The position numbers were made by a program, and so were the translations under genes. Positions 11,403 through 19,896 of a stretch of 64,000 nt of DNA are shown here, piece after piece. The notes below the pieces were generated by a model that saw nothing but the letters and a program-made list of their open reading frames with translations, did no database searches and was not told the origin of the DNA. The stretch covers positions 146,608 to 210,607 of the forward strand of contig JAMPHW010000002.1 in the NCBI GenBank assembly GCA_023663235.1. Reading direction: 5' to 3'. The number at the start of each line of letters is the position of its first letter. The first letter of the stretch is position 1. The DNA is from Ruminococcus sp. GTDB lineage: Bacteria; Bacillota_I; Bacilli_A; RF39; UBA660.

Positions 11403-12599
11403 TTAAATCATCTCTTTTACTATTTTGTTATAATCACTAAGTAATTCTATTAAATTATCTATTTCTTCATAGGTATTATAAAAATATAAACTTACTCTAA
11501 CCGTATTTGTTACTCCAACACTTGATTTTAATATTTTCGCACAATGGTCACCTGCTCTAACGCATATATTATATTTGTTTAAATAATAAGCAACATCTTG
11601 GCTAAATATTTTATTTACATTAAACGCCACAATTCCACTATCTGATTCAATATTTATAATATCAATATGTTTTATTGGTAATAATTTGTCTATTAAATAC
11701 TTACGAAGTTTATGTTCTTGTTCTTCTATTTTATCATAACCAATACTTTCTAAGTAAGTAATCGCTGCTCCTAAACCAATAACCCCTGCAATATTTTGAG
11801 TACCTGCTTCTAATCTTGTTGGTAAAGGTTTTAAATACATACTATCAGGATTATCGAAAGACTCATTCATACCCCCACCTAAATTTACTGGTTCTAATTC
11901 TTCTAATAATTCTTTTTTACCATAAAGGACACCCACGCCTGTTGGTCCACACATTTTATGACCTGAGAATGCTAGAAAATCAATATCCGAATCTGTCACA
12001 TCTATCTTTACATGAGGTAACATTTGTGCCCCATCTATAACTACAAAAATATTATTTTCATGGGCAAGTTTAGTTATTTCTTTAATCGGTCTAATATCTC
12101 CAATAACATTGGTTATACCTGCTATACTTATAACTTTAGTGTTTTCATTTATCGCTTTTTTTACATTTTCAATTGTAACGTAATGATTCTCATCTAATGA
12201 AATATAATTAACTGTAATTCCTAATTTTTCTACTAATCTAAACCAAGGCATAACGTTTGATGCATGTTCACTCCTAGTAATTAACACTTCATCTCCTGGC
12301 TCTAAAAGATTTGCAAAAAAACCATTAACTATAATATTTAAACTATCTGTTGCTCCACTTGTAAATATTATTTCTTCTAAATTCTGAGCATTAAGAAAAT
12401 CTCTAACTATTTCACGTGTCTGTTCATATTCTTGATCTACTCTAAAAGATAAATCATAATCACCTCTATGAGCATTAGCAGAATAATTACTGTAATAATC
12501 ATTCATTTTATCAATAACTACTTGTGGTTTTAAACTTGTAGCACTATTATCAAAATATATAATATCTTGTTTTAAAAGAGGAAAATCTTCTCTATTCAT
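11403..12599 (-). CDS. sufS: Cysteine desulfurase SufS (class V aminotransferase, group II)
   Basis: 398 aa. PLP-lysine context FSGHKMCGPTGVG and catalytic Cys in RAGDHCA. Sits in the suf operon. Confidence 0.9.
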   Translation of the reverse strand: MNREDFPLLKQDIIYFDNSATSLKPQVVIDKMNDYYSNYSANAHRGDYDLSFRVDQEYEQTREIVRDFLNAQNLEEIIFTSGATDSLNIIVNGFFANLLEPGDEVLITRSEHASNVMPWFRLVEKLGITVNYISLDENHYVTIENVKKAINENTKVISIAGITNVIGDIRPIKEITKLAHENNIFVVIDGAQMLPHVKIDVTDSDIDFLAFSGHKMCGPTGVGVLYGKKELLEELEPVNLGGGMNESFDNPDSMYLKPLPTRLEAGTQNIAGVIGLGAAITYLESIGYDKIEEQEHKLRKYLIDKLLPIKHIDIINIESDSGIVAFNVNKIFSQDVAYYLNKYNICVRAGDHCAKILKSSVGVTNTVRVSLYFYNTYEEIDNLIELLSDYNKIVKEMI

Positions 12600-13257
12600 T
12601 AGTAATCACCTCCATCTTTATTAATTCTTTATAACTAGTTAAACTCGTAATAAAACTTATTTTAATTAATTTTTCAGCTTCTTTTTTAGATAAGCCCAGG
12701 CTTTCTAAATAAAATAATTCTTGTTTTTCAAAAGAACCTATCGTTACTAAATGATTTGCTATTACTTCATTAGTTAAAACTTTCATATTAGGACTTATCT
12801 TAATTGTATCTTTTTTGGTTATTAACCCTTTTAAATCTTCAACTAAAATATTATCAATTGTTTCTTTATCTATATTACCATCACATATTAAATCAACATT
12901 ATCATTATCATTTTTATTAATAATCCTAACATGAGCTTCTACTTTGCTATTATTACCCTTCATATTAAGTGTTAAATGAACTTTATTTTGTCCACTATTA
13001 ATAATAATCCAATTTAAATTTACTATATCATCATTTAAAACATTAATAACTAGATGTGTATCTTTATTTAAAATATTTACCTTATCAAAATTAAGAATAG
13101 ATTTATCTTCTAAATTTAATTCTAAAGAATTGTTCAAATTATCATAATTATTTAAGCTAACTTTACCTTTTATATCTAATTTTAAATCTTTATTATAGGT
13201 TATCTCATAAGTATCATTCGTTAACTTTCTATCCTCTACCAATAATAATTTATTCAT
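12592..13257 (-). CDS. sufD: Short SufB/SufD-family protein (beta-helix core only, about 221 aa)
   Basis: C-terminal ANHLVTIGSFEKQELFYLESLGLSKKEAEKLI matches the SufBD signature (H..tiG.ld.e.lFYL.sRGl). I trimmed the start to ATG 13257, which overlaps the sufC stop (AAAATGAATAA), rather than the track start at 13290. Confidence 0.65.
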   Translation of the reverse strand: MNKLLLVEDRKLTNDTYEITYNKDLKLDIKGKVSLNNYDNLNNSLELNLEDKSILNFDKVNILNKDTHLVINVLNDDIVNLNWIIINSGQNKVHLTLNMKGNNSKVEAHVRIINKNDNDNVDLICDGNIDKETIDNILVEDLKGLITKKDTIKISPNMKVLTNEVIANHLVTIGSFEKQELFYLESLGLSKKEAEKLIKISFITSLTSYKELIKMEVITNE

Positions 13258-14002
13258 TTTTATCAGTCCCATTAATAACATTTGCCTCAAATCCTAAAGT
13301 TTCTATTTCTGTTACTAAAGATTTAGGACCACTTTTTATAATTTTACCATCCTTTAAAACTGAAACCGTATAATCATCAAAATATTTTAAAATATCTGCA
13401 TGATGAGTTACAATTAAAATAGAAGGCTTAAACATCTCATAATACTTGCGTAATGATACTCCTACTGTTTTTAATGCATCAACATCAAGTCCACTATCTA
13501 TTTCATCTAATATAATAAACTTTGGTTCTAACATGAATAAATGTAAAAGTTCATTTTTCTTTCTTTCACCACCACTCATATTAAAATTAACATCTCTATG
13601 CACAAAATTTTTAGGCAAGTTTATAATCTCACATACTTCATTTAATCTTTTATTAAATTTAAAAATATCAACTTTTTCTCCTGTTTTTTCGCCTAATGCC
13701 GTTCTTATTAATTCAGCATTAGTAATACCTTCTATTTCAATAGGATTCTGACTTAATAAAAAAAATCCTAATTTACTTATTTCATTTGTTGGCATATTAG
13801 TAATTTCTTGTTCGTTATATTTTATTGAACCACTCATGACCTCATAATCAGGATGATGCATTAAAACTTTACAAATAGTACTTTTACCCGTTCCATTAGG
13901 TCCCATTAAAACATGAATTTCTCCATCATTTATTGTTAAATTTAAATTATTTAATATTTCTTTGTCAGATGCTTTAACTGTTAAATCTTTTATTTCAAGC
14001 AT
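13250..14002 (-). CDS. sufC: Fe-S cluster assembly ATPase SufC
   Basis: Walker A GPNGTGKST, signature MSGGERKK, Walker B ILDEIDSGLD. Start trimmed to ATG 14002 (GGTGG RBS). The track start is an upstream TTG. Confidence 0.9.
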   Translation of the reverse strand: MLEIKDLTVKASDKEILNNLNLTINDGEIHVLMGPNGTGKSTICKVLMHHPDYEVMSGSIKYNEQEITNMPTNEISKLGFFLLSQNPIEIEGITNAELIRTALGEKTGEKVDIFKFNKRLNEVCEIINLPKNFVHRDVNFNMSGGERKKNELLHLFMLEPKFIILDEIDSGLDVDALKTVGVSLRKYYEMFKPSILIVTHHADILKYFDDYTVSVLKDGKIIKSGPKSLVTEIETLGFEANVINGTDKNE

Positions 14003-14044
14003 TTTTACCACCAAAATAATTATAGCATAACTTAATAACTATTT

Positions 14045-14890
14045 CTAGCCTTGCGGTTTTAATAGACGAAGAAACGGTTTTTCATGAAATGTAGTACATT
14101 TTTCTTGTAATCTATTAATCATCGAATTAACATCTACTTTTGGATCTTGTGCTTTATAATTAAATGTCAATTGATAATCATCAGAAGCACTTTCTTTTAA
14201 TAAAGTTAAATTTAAATTATCTCTTAACTCACTAATTTGATAAGATGCCTCAGTACCATTTTTAATACTTAAAACTTCAACTGTTTCAATACTATCAGAA
14301 ATACTATCACATATTTCTAAAACAGTTTCTTCTTTTATATCATACGTTTTTTGATCAGGATAAAAATATTTAAAATATAATTGTTCTAAATCTCTTAAAC
14401 TACTTCCTTCATGTAAAGAACTTAATATATCACTAGAAATAGTTCTTGTAACATCAATTGGAATTTTTAATGTAAACTTTTTATCACCACAAATTTTTGT
14501 TAAAGTTATTCTATGTTTTTGAAACTCCTGATATATATTTTCGCTATTTAAAGTCATACTTGTAAGAGTTAAAGTTATCTCATCAAAAAGATCATAAAGA
14601 AAAGTATAGATATCACAAGTATCTTTATATTTCTTATAAAGAATAATTTTATCATCATTTATTTCAAAAGTTAAAAGTATTTTGCCATAGCAATTTAAAT
14701 TGACTATAGCTTTTTCTTCAAAAATAGTTGATTCTACTTTAAAATTAGAGTAATTTGTAAAATAACTTGCAATATTAAGACACGCTATAAAGGCATATTT
14801 ATAACGTTTTATAACATTTATACTAGCTTTATCTAAATAAGTAATATTAAAATTTTTAAAGTTTCTCTCAAAAGAAAAATATATATGCAT
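14045..14890 (-). CDS. Hypothetical protein (281 aa), no recognisable domain
   Basis: Clean ORF with AGGAG RBS and its own near-consensus promoter. No TM or signal peptide. Confidence 0.55.
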   Translation of the reverse strand: MHIYFSFERNFKNFNITYLDKASINVIKRYKYAFIACLNIASYFTNYSNFKVESTIFEEKAIVNLNCYGKILLTFEINDDKIILYKKYKDTCDIYTFLYDLFDEITLTLTSMTLNSENIYQEFQKHRITLTKICGDKKFTLKIPIDVTRTISSDILSSLHEGSSLRDLEQLYFKYFYPDQKTYDIKEETVLEICDSISDSIETVEVLSIKNGTEASYQISELRDNLNLTLLKESASDDYQLTFNYKAQDPKVDVNSMINRLQEKCTTFHEKPFLRLLKPQG

Positions 14891-14913
14891 AAAAAGCTCC
14901 TAATCAAATATAG

Positions 14914-14942
14914 ATTATATGTATAATTATTTAAAAAGTCAA
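14914..14942 (-). promoter_or_regulatory. Near-consensus sigma-A promoter for the 281-aa orphan gene
   Basis: Minus strand reads TTGACT-17 nt (TTTTAAATAATTATACA)-TATAAT, followed by TTAGGAGC RBS and ATG at 14890. Confidence 0.55.
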
Positions 14943-14953
14943 GAAAAAATATG

Positions 14954-15376
14954 TTACTTATTATCTTGTAACATATTTAATAAATCAATTTTAAATTTAT
15001 CTTTAGAAGCATTAGCTTTTGATATCATAATACCTTTATAAGTAGTAAGTTCACTCTTGTGTCCTTCAAGTAGGATTTCTGTAGGCGTTATAGTATCAAG
15101 CATTACAGTCCCCTCTTTTTTATATACAGTATAATATAATTTAACTTTACCATGAACTTGAGCAAACATTTTATCGCTAGGTAATTTAAGTTCGTATTTT
15201 TCAGTACCTTCTTTTTTATTAGTACTAATTAATTCACCAATAAATTTACCATTTCTTAAAGCTGGATAATAATCAAAATTAAGCTTTTTAAAAGCTAACA
15301 TATTATATTTCTTTAAAGCTCTTTCTAATTTTTTAAACTCATTTTCATTAATATAATCTAAAACATATCCCTTCAT
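14954..15376 (-). CDS. Hypothetical protein (140 aa)
   Basis: Clean ORF, AGGGGG RBS, own consensus promoter. No confident family. Confidence 0.55.
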   Translation of the reverse strand: MKGYVLDYINENEFKKLERALKKYNMLAFKKLNFDYYPALRNGKFIGELISTNKKEGTEKYELKLPSDKMFAQVHGKVKLYYTVYKKEGTVMLDTITPTEILLEGHKSELTTYKGIMISKANASKDKFKIDLLNMLQDNK

Positions 15377-15407
15377 AATTCTAACCCCCTATTTGAATTA
15401 CGTATAC

Positions 15408-15436
15408 ATTATAGCATATTTTAATAAATTTGTCAA
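15408..15436 (-). promoter_or_regulatory. Consensus sigma-A promoter for the 140-aa orphan gene
   Basis: Minus strand reads TTGACA-17 nt (AATTTATTAAAATATGC)-TATAAT with a TGC extended -10. Confidence 0.6.
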
Positions 15437-15482
15437 ATCGGCGTTAAATTTTAAAGAAATTATCATTTTTTGTTGCATATTT

Positions 15483-16781
15483 TTAAGTTGTTGTTCTCCT
15501 TAGATTTAAGACTTCTATATTAGAATTATAAGTATTCAAATTTGCAATATAGGACTCCACTTTAAATTTAAGACCATAAACATCCCCTAATATTTGTAAA
15601 GCTATTCTAGTATTCAAATCTAAACATTCAAATTCATTTCTCTCTTCTAAAAAATAAGTATTATCCAAAAGAGAAGAATAAGCTTTATTTAAAATATCTA
15701 GCAAAGAAGTTAAAACTTCTTTCTTTATTTCTAATACTAAGATTGGATTATTTAACAATTTTAATAGTTCTTTAGTAGCAATACTAATAACATTTAAAGT
15801 AGAATTTGCCTCACCATTTTGGGCAATAATATTCTTAGCAACGCTTATATCTTCTAATAAATTTTTTTTACCCATTACATTTGGAACAAGAAGCGCTAAA
15901 TCTTTTAAAATAAAATCTAATTCATTTCTAAAAGCTAGTTCAAAATCAACACTTAAATCTAAAACCTTAATTTTATTTTGATATTTAGCAATTAGTTCTT
16001 TTAATCTTTTATTATAAATATTCTTATTATTAGTATCTAATGCATTAATTATAATTTTTAAAGTAGATATATCTTGCGAAAGACTATAACCAGTTTCACA
16101 ATTCAAAGTCAAATAAAAAACATAAACATATAAGACAGTTTCATAAAATTCATGTATTTTAGTTGTTAATTCTTTTTCTATCTTAGTAATACTATTTAAA
16201 GATAGTATTTCATTATTAGGAATAATTAATTTAGCTTCAATCCCCGCTAACATTTCCATAAACTTGGCAATAAAATTATTACCAGATATAAAATCCGCTA
16301 TCTTTTTTATTTCTACTATATCAGTAGGCATATTATTAATTAATTCACCATTTAAATAACTTTTATAAGTGCTTATTTTTTGTTTTAATTCTAAAAGCAT
16401 ATCTAAATTATAAAAACTATTATCAAGTTTTATTAAGTCACTTAAAAGCTTAGCTCTTAAAGATGCTGGAGTATCATATAAAGTTAAAGATAAACTGTCA
16501 TTATCAAAAATTGGTTTTAACTTTTTTAAACCCATCTCATAATTAGCCAGTAAAGTATCAAGTTCTTTTAATGTTAAATCCTTTGTAGTCCCTTCTAAAA
16601 GAGAACATTTTTCTTTAATTCTAACAACTAATTCATTAATTTCGTTATCAATTATTTTTTCACTTATATTCTCTTCTTTATTCATTAATCTTAAAAATTC
16701 TGGATTAGTAATCTCCTTAGTTCCTGTAACAGAACAACCAGTAGAATATCTTAAATCTATTTTTAAAACCATTTCAAGCAT
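15483..16781 (-). CDS. Helical-domain segment of a split LRR-helical paralog (frame stays open upstream to 16979)
   Basis: The 432 aa are colinear with the C-terminal about 430 aa of the 17656-19596 protein: DTPASLRAKLLSDL vs DTPATLKAKLLSEL, INALDTNNKNIYNKR vs IKSLDTNNCNIYKER, LVPNVMGKKNLLEDI vs LVPNIVNKTELLSDL. The same frame continues upstream of the annotated ATG (..FFSNAYSINLLYFLGSHNRTTVTICIEDNFDFKKALRLIK..) and still aligns to the paralog. Confidence 0.6.
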   Translation of the reverse strand: MLEMVLKIDLRYSTGCSVTGTKEITNPEFLRLMNKEENISEKIIDNEINELVVRIKEKCSLLEGTTKDLTLKELDTLLANYEMGLKKLKPIFDNDSLSLTLYDTPASLRAKLLSDLIKLDNSFYNLDMLLELKQKISTYKSYLNGELINNMPTDIVEIKKIADFISGNNFIAKFMEMLAGIEAKLIIPNNEILSLNSITKIEKELTTKIHEFYETVLYVYVFYLTLNCETGYSLSQDISTLKIIINALDTNNKNIYNKRLKELIAKYQNKIKVLDLSVDFELAFRNELDFILKDLALLVPNVMGKKNLLEDISVAKNIIAQNGEANSTLNVISIATKELLKLLNNPILVLEIKKEVLTSLLDILNKAYSSLLDNTYFLEERNEFECLDLNTRIALQILGDVYGLKFKVESYIANLNTYNSNIEVLNLRRTTT

Positions 16782-16921
16782 TTTTAAAACTAATTTATTA
16801 TTATATCCTTGAAAAACAAAATTTGATACACAACCATCACAACTTTTAATAAGCCTTAAAGCTTTTTTAAAGTCAAAATTATCTTCAATACATATTGTAA
16901 CAGTTGTTCTATTATGGCTTC

Positions 16922-17602
16922 CTAAAAAATATAAAAGATTAATACTATAAGCATTACTAAAAAAGATATTAAGATGTTTTTAGAATCATCATCCAAAACA
17001 AAAAGATAAGTAATCTTTTTTAAACTAGGAGGAAGTGTAATTTCCTTAATATTAGTATGACCGAAAGCATATTCTCTAATTATTTCAATCCCTATATTAA
17101 GACTTAATTTTTCTAGATTATGACATTTATAAAAGGCATTATAACCTATTTCCTTTAATGTACTTGGCATTATAACCTCCACTAAAGCAGTATTAGAAAA
17201 AGCATATTTACCTATTCTTTCTAATCCTTCATTCAATGTAACTTTTTCTAAACTAGAGCAATTATCAAAAGCACCATAACTTATCTCTTTTAAGGTATTT
17301 GGCATTATAACCTCAGTTAAAGCAGTATTAGAAAAAGCACACTCACCTATTTTTTCTATTCCTTCTTTTAAAGTTACTTTAGTTAAGCTTATTTGATTAT
17401 TCATAAGAGCATAAAGAATTTCCTTTAATGATCCTGGTATAATTAAAGATTTAACAGTTATACTAGAAAACGGATTACTATCATCTTTTCTTCTTAAAAT
17501 ATCTGTTACCCCATCAGGAATAACAATATCTTCGCTAATTCCACGATATTCTAAAATGCACCCATCTACAATTAACCATTCATCATTATCTATAGTTAAC
17601 AT
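16922..17602 (-). CDS. BspA-type leucine-rich-repeat (LRR_5) segment of the split paralog
   Basis: Repeats such as IGECAFSNTALTEVIMPNTLKEISYGAFDNCSSLEKVTL and IGKYAFSNTALVEVIMPSTLKEIGYNAFYKCHNLEKLSL. Start trimmed to ATG 17602 (AGGTGA RBS). It ends in an out-of-register hydrophobic tail after a T6 tract. No signal peptide. Confidence 0.65.
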   Translation of the reverse strand: MLTIDNDEWLIVDGCILEYRGISEDIVIPDGVTDILRRKDDSNPFSSITVKSLIIPGSLKEILYALMNNQISLTKVTLKEGIEKIGECAFSNTALTEVIMPNTLKEISYGAFDNCSSLEKVTLNEGLERIGKYAFSNTALVEVIMPSTLKEIGYNAFYKCHNLEKLSLNIGIEIIREYAFGHTNIKEITLPPSLKKITYLFVLDDDSKNILISFLVMLIVLIFYIF

Positions 17603-17655
17603 AAGTATCACCTTTTAAGTTGTTATTTTACCATAAAAAAAGCTAAAAAACAATT

Positions 17656-19596
17656 TTATAACTTATAGTTTATAGCTTCATTATAACTTCTTAATTCATT
17701 AAGATACTTTTCTAGATTAAATTTAATATCATACAAGCCTTTTAAAATCTGAATAGATACTTGCTGGTTCCAACTTAAACTACTGGTTATCTCATTTTCA
17801 TGTAATATAAAACTATCTTGCATAATGCTTTGATAAGAACTATCTAAAAGACTAGAAATAGATGTAATAATATCCTTTTTTAAATCTTCATTAACTAAAC
17901 TATTACTAAGTACTTCCATTATATCTTTAACTGTACCACTAATAGCACCTAGGGGTTTATTATTATCACTAGTTAATAGTGATTTTGCTTCACACAAATC
18001 ACTTAACAATTCAGTTTTGTTTACAATATTTGGAACTAAAGTAGATAATTCTTCAATTAAAGGTTGCAATTCTTCTCTTAAATTTCTTTCAGTATTATTA
18101 TCTACTTTGAGTCTCATCGCTTTATATGTATACCCATTTATAATACTATAAAACCTTTCTTTATAGATATTACAGTTATTAGTATCTAAAGATTTAATTA
18201 TAGCTTCTAAAGAAACTAAATCTTGACCTAAGTTTGTAGATGCATCTCTACTTAAAGCTTTAAAAAAATTATTAGCTAATATTGCTTTACCACACACTTC
18301 ATTTATTTTATTTTCTAATATTGTATCATAATCTATTGTAATAGCAAAATTAAATGCTAAGTTAAAGACATCGCTAGAACTTCGCATTATTTCTACTTCT
18401 ATTTCATCCAATATTTCTATTAGTATTTCATTTAAATAAGGAATATTATCTTTATAAGTCATTACTTCACTTATTTTTTTAGATATATTATCAAAGTTAA
18501 AAGTTTCATTATTATTTATTATCTCGCGATATTTAATTATTTTTTCTTTTAAAGAAGTATAGCTTTCTATTCTAGTAAAATTTAAAAGCATAACATTTAA
18601 TTCTGATAATAACTTAGCTTTTAAAGTTGCTGGTGTATCTGCTATCGTAAGCTTTATGTCGTTAGAAGATAAAGATTGGTAACTAGGTTCTAAAGCCTTT
18701 AAATCTTTTAAATATTTATTGATTAAACTATCTAATTTAGTTAAAATAGCTTGCTTATCTTTTTCTTCAAATACATTAGTTTTTTCTCTTATTTCATTTA
18801 CTAAACTAGATATTTCAGCATCTACTATTAATGGCTCTTTTCTAGTTATTACTTTATCATCGACTAGATAATTATCTTCTTCCATATTAACAAAATCACT
18901 AATTTTTCTTAATTTTTTTAACTCTCTTTTATTATAGTAATTATAAAAAGTAACATGTAAATTAGAATTGTCTAACATTTCTTTAACTTCATCTATATCA
19001 AAATCATTATCAACAATTACTTTGCAATAAATATTTTTCTTTTTATTAATACTATCCTTTAATAATAAGAAAGTCTTAAAATGACATATTAAAGTAGTAT
19101 TAGGATTAAAAGCATCATTACCAATATCGTTAAGTGATGTAGGTAAGTATACTTCTTTTAAATTAGTATCATAAAAAGCTAAATCCCCAATTTTTTCTAA
19201 ACCATCATTTAAAATAACTTTTTTTAAATTGTGATTAAAAGTAAAGGCTGAATAACCAACACTTCTTAAAGAACTAGGCATAATAATCTCACTAATATTA
19301 GTATTTTTAAAAGCATTACCTCCTATAACACTTATTCCTTCTTCTAAAGTAACTTTGGTTAAAAGTTCATAATTAACTACAAAGTTTTTAGGAATTGTAC
19401 CAACAGAGCCAGGTATAGTTAAAGATTTTATACCCACTCCTTTATTAAAATAAGTATAAGTATAAGAAAGTTTAAATGAAAAATTTTCATCAAAGCTAAT
19501 TACGCCATCAGGAATGACAACATCTTCAGAGGTTCCAAAATGTTCTTTAACACATCCATCCACAATTAGCCACTCATTATTATTTATATTTAACAT
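17656..19596 (-). CDS. Fusion of an N-terminal BspA-type LRR domain and a about 430-aa helical domain of unknown function
   Basis: N-terminus MLNINNNEWLIVDGCVKEHFGTSEDVVIPDGV followed by LRR_5 repeats, then a long predicted helical region. Start trimmed to ATG 19596 (GGTGA RBS) by analogy with the paralog's N-terminus MLTIDNDEWLIVDGC. No signal peptide or TM. Confidence 0.7.
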   Translation of the reverse strand: MLNINNNEWLIVDGCVKEHFGTSEDVVIPDGVISFDENFSFKLSYTYTYFNKGVGIKSLTIPGSVGTIPKNFVVNYELLTKVTLEEGISVIGGNAFKNTNISEIIMPSSLRSVGYSAFTFNHNLKKVILNDGLEKIGDLAFYDTNLKEVYLPTSLNDIGNDAFNPNTTLICHFKTFLLLKDSINKKKNIYCKVIVDNDFDIDEVKEMLDNSNLHVTFYNYYNKRELKKLRKISDFVNMEEDNYLVDDKVITRKEPLIVDAEISSLVNEIREKTNVFEEKDKQAILTKLDSLINKYLKDLKALEPSYQSLSSNDIKLTIADTPATLKAKLLSELNVMLLNFTRIESYTSLKEKIIKYREIINNNETFNFDNISKKISEVMTYKDNIPYLNEILIEILDEIEVEIMRSSSDVFNLAFNFAITIDYDTILENKINEVCGKAILANNFFKALSRDASTNLGQDLVSLEAIIKSLDTNNCNIYKERFYSIINGYTYKAMRLKVDNNTERNLREELQPLIEELSTLVPNIVNKTELLSDLCEAKSLLTSDNNKPLGAISGTVKDIMEVLSNSLVNEDLKKDIITSISSLLDSSYQSIMQDSFILHENEITSSLSWNQQVSIQILKGLYDIKFNLEKYLNELRSYNEAINYKL

Positions 19597-19644
19597 GATA
19601 TCACCATCTATTATAATTTTATCATAAAAAAAGATAGATAACAA

Positions 19645-19896
19645 TTATTTGACATCTAACTTGACAACAGTTACCCCCGGATTAAATATGTCCACATAAA
19701 AAGACTCAACGTTTTTATTTCTCTTTAAAAGTTCATGAACCCTTATTTTTAAAATATCTGAACTTCTCCCATGAATAATAGCAACTTCTCTATTTTGAAG
19801 CTTTATATTATCTCTTAAAAAATCCTCTACTAAAAAAACACAGGTATCTCTTGTTTCACCGTGTAAATTTAGCGTAGGCGTTTTACTTACTAGCAT
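19645..19896 (-). CDS. Stand-alone Smr (small MutS-related) domain protein
   Basis: 83 aa. LNLHGETRDTCVFLVEDFL...VAIIHGRSS fits the Smr LDLHG...E...iiHGkG pattern. Its start overlaps the upstream kinase stop by 14 nt. Confidence 0.75.
   Translation of the reverse strand: MLVSKTPTLNLHGETRDTCVFLVEDFLRDNIKLQNREVAIIHGRSSDILKIRVHELLKRNKNVESFYVDIFNPGVTVVKLDVK

Noticed and set aside
13446-13751. 101-aa plus-strand ORF antisense to sufC.
   Set aside because: It overlaps the Walker B/signature region of a clearly functional sufC. It is an antisense artefact.
16925-16975. Hydrophobic C-terminal tail ILISFLVMLIVLIFYIF of the LRR ORF as a genuine membrane anchor.
   Set aside because: The alternative frame over the same nucleotides aligns with the upstream paralog and restores an LRR motif. 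The hydrophobic tail is best explained as out-of-frame reading of AT-rich sequence after the T6 tract.
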